NCBI RefSeq assembly: GCF_009914755.1
Contig: NC_060927.1
DNA from: the human T2T-CHM13v2.0 reference genome, Homo sapiens
Length of the DNA: 64,000 nucleotides
Direction: 5' to 3' (one strand)
In this document: one piece after another, positions 13,121-29,264 of the stretch
Position numbering within the stretch: the stretch's first letter is position 1
Layout: each line of letters starts with the position of its first letter
Position numbers and translations under genes: made by a program
Notes under the pieces: model-generated
The model's database searches: none
Told to the model about the DNA's origin: nothing
What the model saw: only the letters and a program-made list of their open reading frames with translations

Positions 13121-14159
13121 TCACTGATTTGTGGGTTCTAAAAATCAAAACAATTGAACTCATGAACATAGGGAGTAGAAGGATGGTTACCAGAGGCTGG
13201 GAAGGACACAGCAGAAGTACAGAGAAATGTGCTAGGAATACGTTTTTGAAAAAGAAGACATTGTTATTGGAGTTCTGAATGTAACTTTAAGACAACTAAT
13301 CAAATAAACAGTTAAAATCAGTGAAACTTAGAATTCATTCCGAGAAGCAAGACTTATAAAATATGCATAACAGAAGTTATCTTATTCATAATTTGGGAAA
13401 GTGTACATACCATGTTCTCCTTTGGAAGATTCACAATGTGAATTTAACTAAAGCATCTGCAAAGTCCTGTAACAAAGATAACATCTATCAGTGTTTTTGA
13501 AAACATATTATTTTTGTCCAAAATGTGTGTTCCTCAGTCCCGACAGGTTCATAAGACACTGTATAAAATTCTTTCAGTGAGACTAACTTTGTCAGAGTCC
13601 TTAAAAAAGAATTATTGTAGTAGGAATGATCAAAAGGAGAAGGAAAGGTACATTTAGTCTAATTGAAAGTACAGAGGAAAAACAAAAAAAAATAGTTATG
13701 GTCTATAACTATATAACTAAAATATGGTCTCAAGGATCCTAGCTGCCAGTAAGGGTCCCTCCTCAACAGAGATGGCTGAGAGGCCCTGCAGCATGTGGGA
13801 CTTACTACTGGGCTTGGAGTCGAGGTGTCCCAGGTCAGCTTAATTTTGGGAAAAGCTGGTGAGAAGCTTGGTCCAAATCACCTGAAAAGAAAATCACTTG
13901 CATAGTTCACCTGAAGAACGGATCTCTATAATGGAAGCAAAACACAATGCTGGACAAAAATCAAATAAACAAAAGCAACAAACTGAAAAGGAAATGCGGA
14001 GTAAAAAAGAACTTAAAAATTAGAAAAATAAAAGAAAAAAGAGCAAGAAGAACCAGTAACCTCAGCCAAGCCAGGGACTTATATATGTGCTTGGAATTCC
14101 AAAGTAGAGGTTCCTTATGAGGAAGAACTAAGCCTAGTAACAAGGCTGAGGATAATCTA

Positions 14160-14287
14160 TGTGGCTTTCTCATGCTTTGGTCTCAAGAACTCTTTACTCT
14201 TAAAGAAAATATTTTGAGGACCACAAAGAGGATTTTTTATTCATATGGGTTACAGTTATCAATATTTACCTTATTAGAAGTTAAAAC
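14160..14287. mobile_element. hAT/Charlie-type DNA transposon terminal fragment
   Basis: TTTGGTCTCAAGAACTCTTTACTCTTAAA...TTGAGGACCACAAAGAG...ATATTTACCTTATTAGAAGTTAAAAC resembles a recalled hAT end. Confidence 0.5.
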
Positions 14288-14504
14288 CTCTAGGATGCTT
14301 CAAAAAAAAAAAAGAAATTATGGAGGAAAAAAAGTACAGTATCATGCAAGACAAGAATAGTAAAGAGGGGGACAATTAAAACTCATCAAATAAATGGGCT
14401 TACTGGAGAATGAACAAATTTGACAAGGGTCGCTACCAGAAATTAAAGACTTTTTCAAATTAACATATTCATTGAACTTAAATGCACCTTTGTGCACCTG
14501 TGTG

Positions 14505-14760
14505 TTTTAGGTTCTATGCTGAATACTAAGGATATCCAAATGAATTAATGCTGATCTGTTTACAAACTAGCAAGGGATAAATAAACTGACATTTATAATG
14601 ATGATCCAAGAAGATAAGAGTGCAACAGAGGTATAAACCAAGTGTCTCAGGATCACAGTGAATATTTAATATGTTTGTATTATGTGGTTCAGAGTTATCC
14701 TGGAGGAATGTTATGACCAATATTCAAATCTTAAAGGCAGGAGTATGTCAAGCAAAGTTA
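14505..14760 (-). mobile_element. L2 fragment
   Basis: Antisense L2 3' region pattern (GTTCTATGCTGAATACTAAGGATA...AGAGGTATAAACCAAGTG...GGATCACAG). Confidence 0.5.
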
Positions 14761-15394
14761 AGAAGACTGACTTTTGTGATATAATCTTAGAGTTATTTGA
14801 TATATTATCTGAGGGACAACTTTGAAGGCCAACTGGCAGAATATGAACATTAAATATTTTAATACGAAAGCTTTTCTTTCCTTTCTTTGCTGTGTTAGCT
14901 AAAACCCCAACATCTGGAGATTATACCTCCCTGCTCTTTTGAGTTTCCAATAATTTGGGATCTGGCATTATTGGGCCATCAACTCCTACTGTGAAAGAAC
15001 TAGAAAAGCATAGACCTAAGAAGATAAAAGAAAGAAAGAACTACTTTCTCAAGAAAAGAAAGGGAAATAATTTTCTACATAGAAGTCCTAGGGAGGAGAG
15101 CTACACTAGGTGGACCCTGGTCTCCTGGGAGCTGTTTTTCAAGGAGCTTCCAAGATAGGAAAGGGACCCAAGGAAAACTAGTTGGATGAGCTGTGGGAAG
15201 AAAAGTTCTGGGGTATATTGTTCAAGTTCCCTACAGCTTAGTAGGACTGAGACATAACCTCCAGATTACTAGCCTTCACTAAAGCAAACACTTTACAGAG
15301 TTTGAGCCCTTCTTATTATTGTTCATTAAAAACTTCACTTAGCATATGGCACTTTACTTCCTGAATTTCTAGGATGAAGGATACCCATCCATAC

Positions 15395-15872
15395 TATATT
15401 ATTTAGCTATTGCTGTAATAGTGCTGCCTAACAAATCATCCCTAAACTTGATGATTTACAACAACCATTGCTTATTATTTTTCAGGAGTGTGTAGGTTGG
15501 CTGGGCTTCGGTTTTCTGCTGGTCTCCTTCATGGACTTGCAGTGGGTTGGTAGGTCAACTGAGGGATGGCTGATCTAGAGTGGCCTCAGCTTTGATAAAT
15601 CAGATATTTTCCATGTGGTCTCTCATCTTCTAATGAGCTAACCCATGCTTGTATTCACAGCAATGTCAGGAAGCTGAAAAAGAGGAAGTGCACAAGGCGT
15701 TTTGAGGTCCAGACTCCTATTCTGTCACATTCTATTGGTTGAAGCAACTCAGAAGTTCGGCCCAGATTCAGTAAGTGGAGAAATAGATGCCACTTGATGG
15801 GAAGAGCTGCAAAATTAAGAGCTAGTTTAAAGGAGGGGGAAAACTGGGGCCATTTTTATTAGCACTCCACTA
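15395..15872 (-). mobile_element. MaLR solo LTR (MLT1-type)
   Basis: TATTTAGCTATTGCTGTAATA...AACAAATCATCCCTAAAC...; TCACATTCTATTGGTTGAAGCAA...GGCCCAGATTCA...GATGGGAAGAGCTGCAAA. Confidence 0.75.
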
Positions 15873-18036
15873 CATAGACTTTTTGACTTGGCCCAGTTCC
15901 TATCTGCTTACTTCTCAGTCAGTTCAAGGGCACCAATAAATCGAAGGAAAATGGAGTGGTGGCCTGGCTTCCTAGTGATAAGTGGAGCATCATTCTTCTT
16001 GCACTTGGGTGAGATCAGTTGACTGAGCTCAGACCCCTTGACTCTGGACAGAGACTAGTGGCATCTTATTTTAAATTTTAAAAGCAGTAATCAACATTTA
16101 AAAGGGAAAGCAACCTAAACTGCAATGTGGTGCACACATAAGACAGAAATTTAGGACAAAGTAATGGCCACATTTGTAGGAAAATAAGTTTTAAAGCTAA
16201 CGGCAGAATTTGGAAGTAGAGAGAGGAATAACAGAGAGCAAAACCTAAAAAAGAATTAGACACATTATCCTTTAGGCACAAACAAATTAAAAAGTTGGTT
16301 GAAAAGTAGATGAAGCTCATTACAGATTCTGTGCTGCAGCCTATGAGTGAAGGTGTTGCTCTGACAATGCATGCAACTTCAGCAAAACATTCTCTAGATT
16401 CAGCTGAGTGCTCTTTGTCCTCTTAGTGTTGCTGTCTTCCCTTCATCACTGAAATCCTTAAAAACCCCACACAGAATATTAAAGTGTTGGTGGTTGTATA
16501 GAGTAACTATGTAATATATTATTTCTATTCATGATTAATCAGAATGAATACCATAGGCTTCATCTGCATTTAATCAATATGTGCATGTGTTAGCAAGATT
16601 TCCGACTTTCTCTACTTTTTTTTAATAGTGATCAGGAAACCAAAAAGGTTTTTTTTTTTAACCTAATTTCTGATTAGGCAAATTATAAAGACCATAGAAT
16701 GTTGTATTATGAGAAAAGACTAAAGAGACTAGAGTAATTGAGACTTTGAAGCATAAGGTTATTAATAAAGTTATTAAAAAATGAGATAGCTTATTATACA
16801 GAAAATGATAACCACTTGCAACTTGTTGGAAGTGAGAAAATTGGAAAGTGGATAAAAACTGTAGCATTAGGGAATCTGTATATAAGGAAGACCCTTCTGG
16901 TTGTGAGAATAAATCTACTATAAACATTTTTGAATGTGAGGGATAGTGAATCACAGTATTTCTAAAAATTTGAGATTTATTTCTTTTATTTTTTATTTTT
17001 TATTTTTTACTTTTCAGTACTGTTTCTTTCCATTTGGCCCATAATAAAAATGGCATACAAAATACCCTTCTGTGGAGTCTCACTGCTTATAAATTTGTTT
17101 TACATAATATTTTTGCATATCTTATTTCATATATTTTCCACATTTTCTTTCCTAGAATGTGAGGGATAGACTTTGTCATTCTTTGTGTATGTGTGTTTGA
17201 GTGTGTGCATGTTTAAGATGTGGAGATGTGAACATCAGCATCTTAATTATGTGTCCTACCTTATGTTAAATACGTAGTAATTAAATATGATGTTCTTTAA
17301 ATGTAAAGTTTTGATCTAATTTGCTATTCAACTATAATATTGGATTGCAACAAAAATAGACTATTTATTTTTATTCATGGCTACCTGGAGAATTGTGGCA
17401 TCTCTTTAGGATAATGTTACCATCCTGCAGAATATATTGGATATTTCCCGGTTGCCTATCAAACAAATTCCAGACTGTTCAGCCTGGGACTAAAAAGCTA
17501 CTCCTTCTCTCCAGAACCTCCCCCTCCTAATCTTCCATGTACCTAGTTCCCTAGCATCTCTGTGACATTCTCTTCTTCACTTCCTGGAAACAGCCTGAAA
17601 ACAGGGTAGATGATATAGAATGTTAGGAATTGGAGACCCTTAATCCATATGTGGACTTCCTCTTTTAAAATGATAAGAAATCCTCAATAAGAAAGAAAAA
17701 AATTGCCTACATGTTTGTAAGGGGCACTGATTTGGAAATAGTAGAGATGTCATTTCTCCAAGCAGCTTCTACTGTTCTTCTGGAGAAGTGGTCATCAGCT
17801 GGCAGCTGGGAAGCCACACTTTCTTTTGTCTAGACGTAAATCCTGGAGTGGTAGGTGACAAGGTGAAAGTCTTTGTGCTTGAAAAAGATAATGGCTGGTT
17901 TCCTTTCCTACACGAAAAGGATAACAGAGGCTAGTATTTCATTCTCTAATTTTTATATGTATTCTCCATTTTAAAAGTCTATTCTCTCCTATATTTCTAA
18001 ATCCTGTCTAATTAGGCAGAAAAAATAACACCATAC

Positions 18037-18270
18037 TTAGAGTGAGACAAACCTTGAGATGTATCTTGGTCCTACCATCTACCAGTGGACAGTCTTGGGC
18101 AAGTCAGATAGCTTTTCTTGAAGTCATTTTCTTTGCTCTAAAATGTAGCTAGTTAATTACCTACCTAGCATGGTGGTTGTGAAGACTGAATAGGGGACGG
18201 TGTGATCATTTAATCAGTGTGTGTCCATTGACTCAGTGTGTTTCTTACACATACTAGGTACTTAGCCAAA
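18037..18270 (+). mobile_element. MIR SINE
   Basis: Core CTTGGGCAAGTC...TTTTCTTTGCTCTAAAATG...TACCTACCTAGCATGGTGGTTGTGAAGA. Confidence 0.7.
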
Positions 18271-18479
18271 ATATAATTGGAAAAATGTAAATGTTCTTTG
18301 CTTCACTTTCAAAAGAATTTCAGTTTTGTAAACACTCATTAATCTTCTTCATTTCTACCTGTACTTCAGGCCTCGACTTTAGTATATATTAGAGCACTTT
18401 TGGTATTAATAGATTAATGATTTAAGCATAGATTTAGTGACTTCTACATATTGAACTGGCTACTGTGTGGGTGGATATC

Positions 18480-19630
<1,151 letters not shown>

Positions 19631-20308
19631 GTAAGTTTCTTGCCACTATTCTGATCCCGAACTCAAACTCTAACCTCAACCCTAATTCTTACCATTGTAC
19701 CAATATCATTCATTAGTGATGACAAGAAACAACTGGCACAAGAAAAAGAAAACAATAGAGAAAGCCTGTCTCTTAAGGCAAAGTAGATTGACTGCATTCT
19801 CTCTCTGCTTCTAGGCAGCTCTTTCATTAATGGATTGGATAATTACTACAATTTTGATGAAGGAAGAGTCTTCCTTGTGTCTCCTTTTCAGATATATTGA
19901 GTGATATTTCTTCATGTAGCCATGCATTTTGTAGGATCCAGGCATCCCAAATCTTTTAAAACCATAAATTTAAAAAGAGCACAGCTTTCCAGTTTCTGGT
20001 TCACTGAGGCCCTAAGTAGAAAAATCCATGTTATATCAAGATTCAAGATTTATTTTCCTTCTCTCTCTCTCTCTCACCCTGTTCCCTCCCTCTCCTTCTC
20101 CTTCCCCCTCCTTCCTCTCATGCTTCGTATTAACTGAGATGAGTCAATTGAAAATAAGTGAATAGTTGAATTAGTCAAAATCTAATCAAATGCATCATTA
20201 CACTGTTCTAAACCTTCAATATATAGATTATTCAGCATATTCCTGAAGAATTCAAGGCAAACTGAGTCTTGAATTTTGTGTTGCCTACAGCAGCATCCAA
20301 CAACTTTT

Positions 20309-20677
<369 letters not shown>

Positions 20678-22317
20678 TAGAAATACCAAGTTATCTGGTC
20701 TTCACCTTCATCCTTTAAAAATAAGTGCTGGGAAATGTGCCTTCATCACTTTTTGGTCTTTTTTTTTTTTTCCTTTTCAATAAATAGTCCATATCACAGA
20801 TGCCATTTACTAATCATTAAATTTGTTTTGGAATATTGTCTTTGTTTTCTTAAAGCTCAACTCAACTCTGTCAAAGCCTATATGTGCTTTTTGAAGGATA
20901 AATATCTCCAGATTCCTGCTAAAGATGCTGCATATTGACGAAAATGTGGTAGGTAGCCTGAAGGCCATTATCCAGAGAATCCTCAAAGGGAATGTAATTA
21001 AAAAGGATTAGATGAGGCTGGTTCCTCTCCTGCTTCTAATGGGAAGGCTGTGAACCCCTCATGTTACGTTATTACAGTGGATTCCATCATTTCCCAATGC
21101 TACCGACTCCCTCCCGCAGGACACCTGCCCCACAGTCACTAAGCACAATATTTGTATAAATGGAAAAACGGATGCTTCAGTTCACTGATGGTCTCAGCAG
21201 AGGAGGGGAGAATGATGTAGCAAACAAGTAAGTCTCCAATTCCATTTCATGGGCAAATGAAATAGTCTCTGTTGTAGTAACTTATAGAGCATCACAGGTA
21301 ACCTTTCTTTTTCCGAGAGAGAGAGTGAGAGACCAAGATAAAACTTTTATTCCATTTGCTGAACTGGGAAGCACATTGTGTGGTAACTCACTTACTCAGC
21401 TACTGCATTTGATTGTACTGACTCTTACTGTTCAGGACTTTAGTATATTATTTCTAGAAAACCATATGCAGAGATTGCTTCTATTTATGAATTCTTGATG
21501 GTTTCTGCTTCCTCATATGCTGTATTTCTCCTTCTGATTGATGGCAGTGGAATAATTCCAGGGTGAAAGTGATATAAGGCTAAGAGATCAACATTATTTC
21601 CATGGTGAATTGATTACTTTCCTCTGAGTTTATAGTACCTACCAGCATTGCAAATTAATATGGTTGATGCACTTAGTTATTCTGATTGTGTCTTCTATTG
21701 AAATGCAGACAGCTTTGACTTTAAATATTGCAGGTTTACAACTCATAATAAGATGGTAGGTCCTGTGAACAAGAAGAGGTATTTGTATCATGTCTGAATA
21801 GAAAATGTTTTTGAAATAGTTGTGGGTCACTACCTTGGATACTATATTCTGCAACATGAAATATATGCCTAGCAGCCATCTATTATTCATTAGATAAACA
21901 TGCATTCAATTTTAACGTCTGACTTTAGGTTCATATGTAGGAGAAATGAACAAATGTGCCAATAACATGGGATAGTTATACATAATGTATATACACGTAA
22001 CTAACAAATTATATATGCAAATATGTCAAACTACTATGTAGTTTTAATGTGATTTAAAAATTGTTCTTATGCATATGTTATAAATTTAGATGTAATTAAA
22101 ACTTATAGGTTTGATTTTTTGTTTTTAGATGTGCAGCCTTCCTATTTTTGAAGGTGAGTTACTGAGAGAGGAATCATCAATTGTAAAGGTTTTGATTTTT
22201 GGAGGAAATGGGGTTGTTGCTACTTTGCCACTTATAACTTAACATACCTCCATATAAGACTTTAGAACTATGAAGACTTTTGGAGTTACCTCTTTTAACA
22301 ACCTCAGATTCCAAGCG

Positions 22318-22724
22318 TGGTAGTGCATTTTGCACTGCTGTAATGGCATACCAGATGCAGAGTAATTTATAAAGAACAGAGGTTTATTTTGCCTCATGGT
22401 TCTGTAGACTATACAAGAGGTGTGGTGCCAGCTTCTGCTTCCAGTGAGGCCTCAGAAAGCGTACAATCATGGCAGGCAGAGAAGGGAGAGAAGACATATC
22501 ATACAGCCAGAGAAAGAGTAGAAGAGATGTCAGGCTCTTATAAACAACGAGCTCTCATGTGAACTAACTGAATGAGAATTCACTCATCAGCAAGGGAATG
22601 ACACCAGTTCATTCATGAGGGATTTACCCCATGAAACCAAACATCTGCCACTAGGCAGCACCTCCAACATTGGAGATCACATTTCAACATGAGATTTGGA
22701 TGGGATAAACATCCAAATTATATT
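22318..22724 (-). mobile_element. MST (MaLR) solo LTR
   Basis: GTAATTTATAAAGAACAGAGGTTTATT...GAGGCCTCAGAAAG...TTTCAACATGAGATTTGGATGGGATAAACATCCAAA. Confidence 0.85.
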
Positions 22725-24714
22725 TCCAGGTCGCTAAACAGAGGTTCCAAGCATCAAGTGACACACAGCAGGTCAGGCCACTCTTCACTGGCAGTGCTGG
22801 CATTCTGACCCAGCTCATTGCTCTTCCTACCTTGTTATGTTTTATAGATGCTTTAACTGCCTGCAAAGTGGAGTCTCAATTTCCATATTCTGTAGCTATT
22901 TTTATTATGATTGTCTTCAGGATGTTTCATCCTAAGCTTGATCCCTTCACAAGAACAAAAGAAGATGTCATTATAAATACAAAGTGTCATTGTTGTGGAA
23001 AAAAAAAAAACATGTTTGCTTTAGGTTTATGGATATTAGTATGAACAAATGTTTGGTCAAACATATCTTTAATAAATATTGATCATCAAGATTGTGAAAA
23101 ATAAAATTCTACATTAATCTTGCTGTGCAGTAAAAACCTTTGTTTCCTCAGTTGAATTCGGAGGACACATTCAAGTCAGGATCTGGAAGCTGTCTTGTTA
23201 AATGGCTAAAATCCTAGTGCTGCTCTGAGGCATCGTTAATACACATGAGGGTTTGTTAAAAACAAAATTTACTCTGGGTTATTTTTTGTAGGAGTGTGAA
23301 GAAATGACCTTCGATTCTTAATATAATTGATGTCACCTGGGTAAATATAATTGTAACAGAAATCCGTGTAGATATATTTAGGTAGAACCCGATCATTGGC
23401 AACTTTACTCGTACAGACATTACAGGTTGGAATTTATCACTTTCATATTACTTTGTTTTATGTCAAAAATGTAGAAACTGCTAGATACTATGTGGACATT
23501 TAAAAAAATGTTGATTAGCTGCTCTTTAAGTAATTTGCGTAGTCATCCTCCAAAGCTGAAAAGCTTGCTCCATAGCATAGAGCTGGCACCTTGAACACCA
23601 CATAACACACATTTGAGTAAGTGGCACATTCACTGTTATCCAAAAGTATAAACAGCAGTTATAAATCTGCAATGTGCTTATTATCTGATACATTATTTTG
23701 GGTTTACCTTTCAGGATATTATATTTCTCAGGACTGTACAGGAAAGGTCTGGAGAAACTAATTTAACACAGTGAATTACTTAATGGTCAAAAATTAATGT
23801 TTGCTGCTTATAGGATTACATATGTTGGTTTTTGTTCTTTTTTGCTGTTCAGTTTTTACTTAACAAGCTACAGAATATCTTCTTATGCAATGAAATATTT
23901 GAATTCAAATCATTTTTTTTCTAAAATGTATCTCAAAAAAACAAGATATTTTGTTACAATCTTTGGAAACTGTGTTCCTCGTTTGTCTCTTTCTGATTTT
24001 TAGCTTCTTTCTCCTTTTATCTTCTGTGCTCTACTTAACTCAAAGAAGCCGCAGTTTGAAAAGTAAGATGTTATCTATTTGTTCTCATCAGCCATTTCGA
24101 GCTAAATATTAGCAAAGGCTACTCTGTCACCTCAGCCATGTCGGTCCTGTGGAATGATGGGACTTCAATCCCTAAATTTCTGCTGCTTCTGTCGTTAGCT
24201 TTCAGTAGGTTCAGGGAAACAAAGAAGGAGGGAAGAAGCGCTTTCCATGAGGTCCAGAACTCTGAGCACTTGCCTGCTTTGGACCCAGAGAGTGTATTGC
24301 TGGGAGTGCTGCTATCTGGGAGCTAGTGCTCATGGGTGATAACAGCTGCTGCACTTAGCTCTTTCTTGTCTTGGGAGTGATTTGTGTTCCTTGTGTTTCA
24401 CTGGCCAGAAATGAGCAGAAGCTGTGTACAGAAGCAGCAGCAGAGAGCCCTCCATTTACAGCTCTCCATGTTCTTCTTCATTTCTGCAGTTAAAAGTCTC
24501 AGTTAATCAGATTGGAGCTTTCAAAGATGGTACATTATGTCTTCTCCTCATAATCAATTACAACCTCCAGAAAAATGCTCCATATTACTCTGACACTCCT
24601 TCTCCAAGAGTGAAAAATATGTATAAAACAGAAACTTTAATAATTATTAACATGAGCACAGTATTTAGAAGCATATGAAGAACTTTACATACTCAAAAAA
24701 CATTGCAATAGGTA

Positions 24715-24850
24715 TTATGATGGAGGCTAACATAATTGAAGTAATTTTTACCTTCCAAGTTCCACAGCTATAGAACTTGAATCTCTGTATATCTTCTGAC
24801 TCCAAATTTCTGACCTGATTCCAAGGATTATACTTCTTCCTTTGTGAACT
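24715..24850 (-). mobile_element. MIR fragment
   Basis: GGAGGCTAAC...GAAGTAATT...CCACAGCTA...GAACTTGAATCTC...TTCTGACTCCAAAT. Confidence 0.45.
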
Positions 24851-26166
24851 GTAAGTCACGTGTATCGTAAAGTACCTATGTGTTGCGGCTTTTATTAAAT
24901 TAAATGTCCTTTTTTTGTATAATATTCAAATATTATATTAATGAAAGGGTATCTTATCAAGTTTCATTTTTTTTGTAGCTCTGCATTTTATTTTATTTGA
25001 CTTTTTGTGTTTGGGGCATTAAAATGTTAACATCTTCTGCAGCATAACCTGTGCCTGGTTTTATAGCTCATATCAACTTTGGTTATCGTCATCTTTCTTG
25101 TTGATATGCTGAAATATATAATAAAATCCCATCTGCTTTTATAATTGCTCAAGATATATGCATTATTGGTGTCACTTGGATGAAGTGGAATTCACAAGAA
25201 ACTGTCCTGATGTACATTATTGCTTTTGGAACTTGCTTTTGATATTTTATGAATACCCAATTCAATCTATCTTCTAGCTTGTATAGTGCTTGTGAATTTA
25301 AATATATTATATTTGATAGAAAGCTATATCAATTACATCAAAAACTTTTTTTTTTCACCAAGATGAAACATCAGGGAAGAGAGAAAAACAAAGAAATGTC
25401 TGTTCTGGTTTTTTCTTAGTAAATCATGTAAACTCCTCTGTCATTCTTTAGTTTAGGAGATAAGGAGTTAAATGTAAGTAGGAGAAACAGAACTAATGAG
25501 GTTTTTCAAATCAAAAGTAACGTTGTTTTGTTAAATCTCTTCTTGTTCCTTTAGTTAAAAAAATAATACATTTAAGGAAGTATTCCTCCATCTCTAGAAC
25601 GGTAAGTTTGACAGATGTATGACATTTATGATTACTTTCAGGTAACTGAAACTTTTAAAGTCACTTTCTGTTGCTCATTAAATTAGCAGTTCAGAAATTA
25701 GAAGGACAGTCACATGTAGAAATGAACACTTTGGAACTGAATTATCACTAGATCTTCTCCTTTTCCTTGGCTGGATTTCTGCTGCAGGCTGATGGTTGGC
25801 AATGAGAGACAGAGAAAGATTGTCTCTATGTCAAATTATTTTGTTAAAAGTTTAAAACATGATTCTTATGCAATTATAAAGTCTGCACATTTCAAAACTG
25901 CGTGTAACTTATTAATGAGGGAGTCAACAGAATGATAAAGCTGGTTTAACAATATTGAGGAATAGACATGTTCATTTAAGGAAAGAAAGTTGAATTAAGT
26001 TTTCTAATTTCCTAAGCAGTTGTTGCCCTTGAATTGAACCATTTCAGGTTATATTTTTTCCTGGACAGAAATCTGTAAGTTAATTTCAAATTCCAGAGTT
26101 TGACCCGTAATCAGGAGAGATAGCTAAGTCAAATAAGGATTCATTCCTCCTCAGTAAACATTTTAG

Positions 26167-26516
<350 letters not shown>

Positions 26517-27779
26517 TCCAGGATTTTTATTTATTCCTCTTCTCCTTCTTTTGCTCTATTTGGTTTCTGACCCTGCAGGCTGAGGGAAAGAAGAGGAGGA
26601 AGAAGTTAGGAAATTTTTACTTGATTGGTAGTGTCAAAAGCTGGCATGCTCTCTGTGGACTTGGCAACTGTTCAAAGTTGACTCTTTGAAAGATTATTTT
26701 CTGGGTTTCCAGAGGCCCCCACTGCTTAGGTATGGTCACCCTTTCCCTGATGTGAGTGCTGCTTTTTCCTCTCGTTTACTGTTGGCTCCTAAGTTCTAGT
26801 GTTTCAGAAGTCTCTTCTACCCAGATTCTCTCTGTTGGAGTTTGAATGCCTTCCCAGATGGTATCTCTCAGGCTAGTTCTTTTCAGCAATTTTAAATACT
26901 TCCAAGTTGGATTTCTCTTTCATATGAGCCCACATCTGATCAACAGGAAACTCTTGTGCACTCTTTAACTATTCAAACTCTGGAATGATAGCCCAGGCCC
27001 AATACAGAAGCAACTCTCAGTCTCTCCACCACCGAAGCAGTTTTCCAGCCCGTCTCTGGTTAACCGAGCCTCCTAGATGGAAGGCAGGTACTAGTCCACT
27101 GGGTCACTTTACTGTAAGGTGTGTTCCCTTTGAATCTCATCCCTTTTGACTTAAAGAGGAGAGAGTCTTCTATCTCCCTTTCTGGATGTAGAAGGTTCCT
27201 GTAGAATTTCTTTTACTATGGAAATCTTTCTTAAGAATTCTCCCACAGCATTCGCTCCTGATTCTTTCAGATTCTCAATGTGGATATAAGTAAAACACAC
27301 TTCTAAACTTATATTTTACTTGGCAATTTCCTTTGAAAATATATTTGTTGGTATGGCATTTTGTCTTGGCCTGTTGTCTAGTTATCCTAATGTCTCAGAT
27401 GAAACTTCTACTCAATAGCCTGTGATACTGGTTTAAGGCGATGAGGAGGCTATTGGAAATACTACCTTGCAGGCATGCTGTAGTGAAAATTTTCCCAATG
27501 ATTTTATCTGCTTATTTTTGAAGAACTATCTGCAAAACACAAACAAATGAGGTTGAATGAGGGGATGGGTGTGAGAAATGCAGGAGTGGAGATAAGGCAC
27601 TGAGACAGGTAGTTGTAGAATATCTTGATCCATCTCCTGATCTCAGATGATATATGAAATTCACCTTTATGCCAACCCTATCCCCCCTTCCACACCCAAA
27701 CCTTTTGTGTCTTTTCAAATTCCAGGCATTCTTAGCAGTTTGATTTGCTGTCAGAAAATACAGTATTCAGAGGGGAGAA

Positions 27780-27900
27780 TTTGGTGTGCTGCATTATAAT
27801 AGCCTGTAGATTTCTCTTTCCCTGGCTGATAATTTCCTTGAAGGGAGGAACTGTGTTATGCTCATTATTGTGTCTCCATCCCCTAGCAGCTAGCATGCAG
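27780..27900 (+). mobile_element. L2 3' fragment
   Basis: TTCCTTGAAGGGAGGAACTGTGTTATGCTCATTATTGTGTCTCCATCCCCTAGC. Confidence 0.5.
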
Positions 27901-29264
27901 ACTGAGATTTCCTCTTGGGCTCCTGTTTCTAGAAAGGGTTTTGTTTGTTCGTTCTTTTTAGAAGAGTCGGGGTGGGAAAGATAGTGGGAAAGAAGAAAAC
28001 CACATTTACCACTGTTTGTAACAGTCTTTCCTCCTTTGAAGTGGTTCCTCATTCATCTATGCCCTCTGAATGTGTGTGTGGGAGGAAGCTATAAAATTAT
28101 TTGTAAAAATGTTGACAAATAATTGCATTGCATGAATATGTATGCCCTCATTTTATAAACTGCCTGCCTTAAATTGAAATGTTTTTAAGACTACAATTCC
28201 ATGTTCATTACATGCCATATTTGTGTTTAGAGTTTATTTTTTCAATTGAATAAAATAACATCAGTTTTCACCAACCTGGGCTTGGGTGGTTTGATTTTCT
28301 ATTTAGGGGAATTATCCTTCTTTTTAATATTTTCTTTAGTTCCCAATAAGTCTTTTGAAAGTGCCCTCTTCCTTTATTCCTTCATTTTTTGTACTAAACA
28401 CAAAGAAAACAGCAACCGCTATTTAAAATGTAGACAATGTTATCCCTTGTGGCTATTGCCCTCTCTTCCAGAGATTAGAGTTTGCTGTAGTTCAGCAGCC
28501 CAACAGGATTTCCCTGGAAATAGGTTTTCATGTAAAGTATTAACTTATGGCATTATGTATAGCAAAAGAAGGCTCAAAATATTATAAAGAGAGAGAAGCT
28601 GCATTATTATTTTTAATAGGATTGGTGGAATAAATGGTCCTTAAAGAGCATACATCTGTTCTACTCAATGCTTTCTTTCTGAATTTACCATGAAATGTAT
28701 TTTACTGATAAGAGCCAGCATTCTGATCCGTTATTTCTCTGAAAGCCTGGTTAAGAGGGTCTAAATACAAGAACTGCTACATAGTCTTTTGGTACTTTAT
28801 TGAAAGTAAGAGTTTCCATTCTAAAATTGAAGGAAATAGAACATACATCCCACAAGTATGTTTTTATTGCCTGTCCTCCTCATTTGGATTATTAAATATT
28901 TAGCTTTAAATAAACACATTTTATGTAAATTTCTATTTAAACAACATAGCTGCTTGTTTTCTGTAGGATGAACAAATTAAAAACTTCTCTAACAAAACAT
29001 TATGGAAAAATTAAAATGTGTAAGTGACAAAGTAATTGCAACCCTCAAAAATTGTATTTCTACTTATCTTCTAAACAGGAGATAAATTTGAGTAGAACTG
29101 AGTTTGCTACTGAGTATATGTTTCTCCCTGACTCGAACACATGTTTACCAAGGAGGGATTAGGTGTAGTTTTGTACTGGATAAAATTAAATGTTTGGTAT
29201 CAAGTGGAAGGCCGCTTCCCCATGGGAATCTGAACGTGCTCTTCTGTAAGATGAAAGATGCAAC

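Noticed and set aside
19660-19692. Degenerate telomere-like hexamers (AACTCA AACTCT AACCTC AACCCT)
   Set aside because: Only one near-canonical unit; too short and degenerate to call an interstitial telomeric repeat
21380-21600. Minus-strand GTAAGT donor with purine-rich upstream sequence
   Set aside because: All three frames contain stops and there is no good acceptor
24138-24326. 62-aa ORF with GCCATG context
   Set aside because: No recognisable homology, promoter or polyA context; ORFs this size are expected by chance
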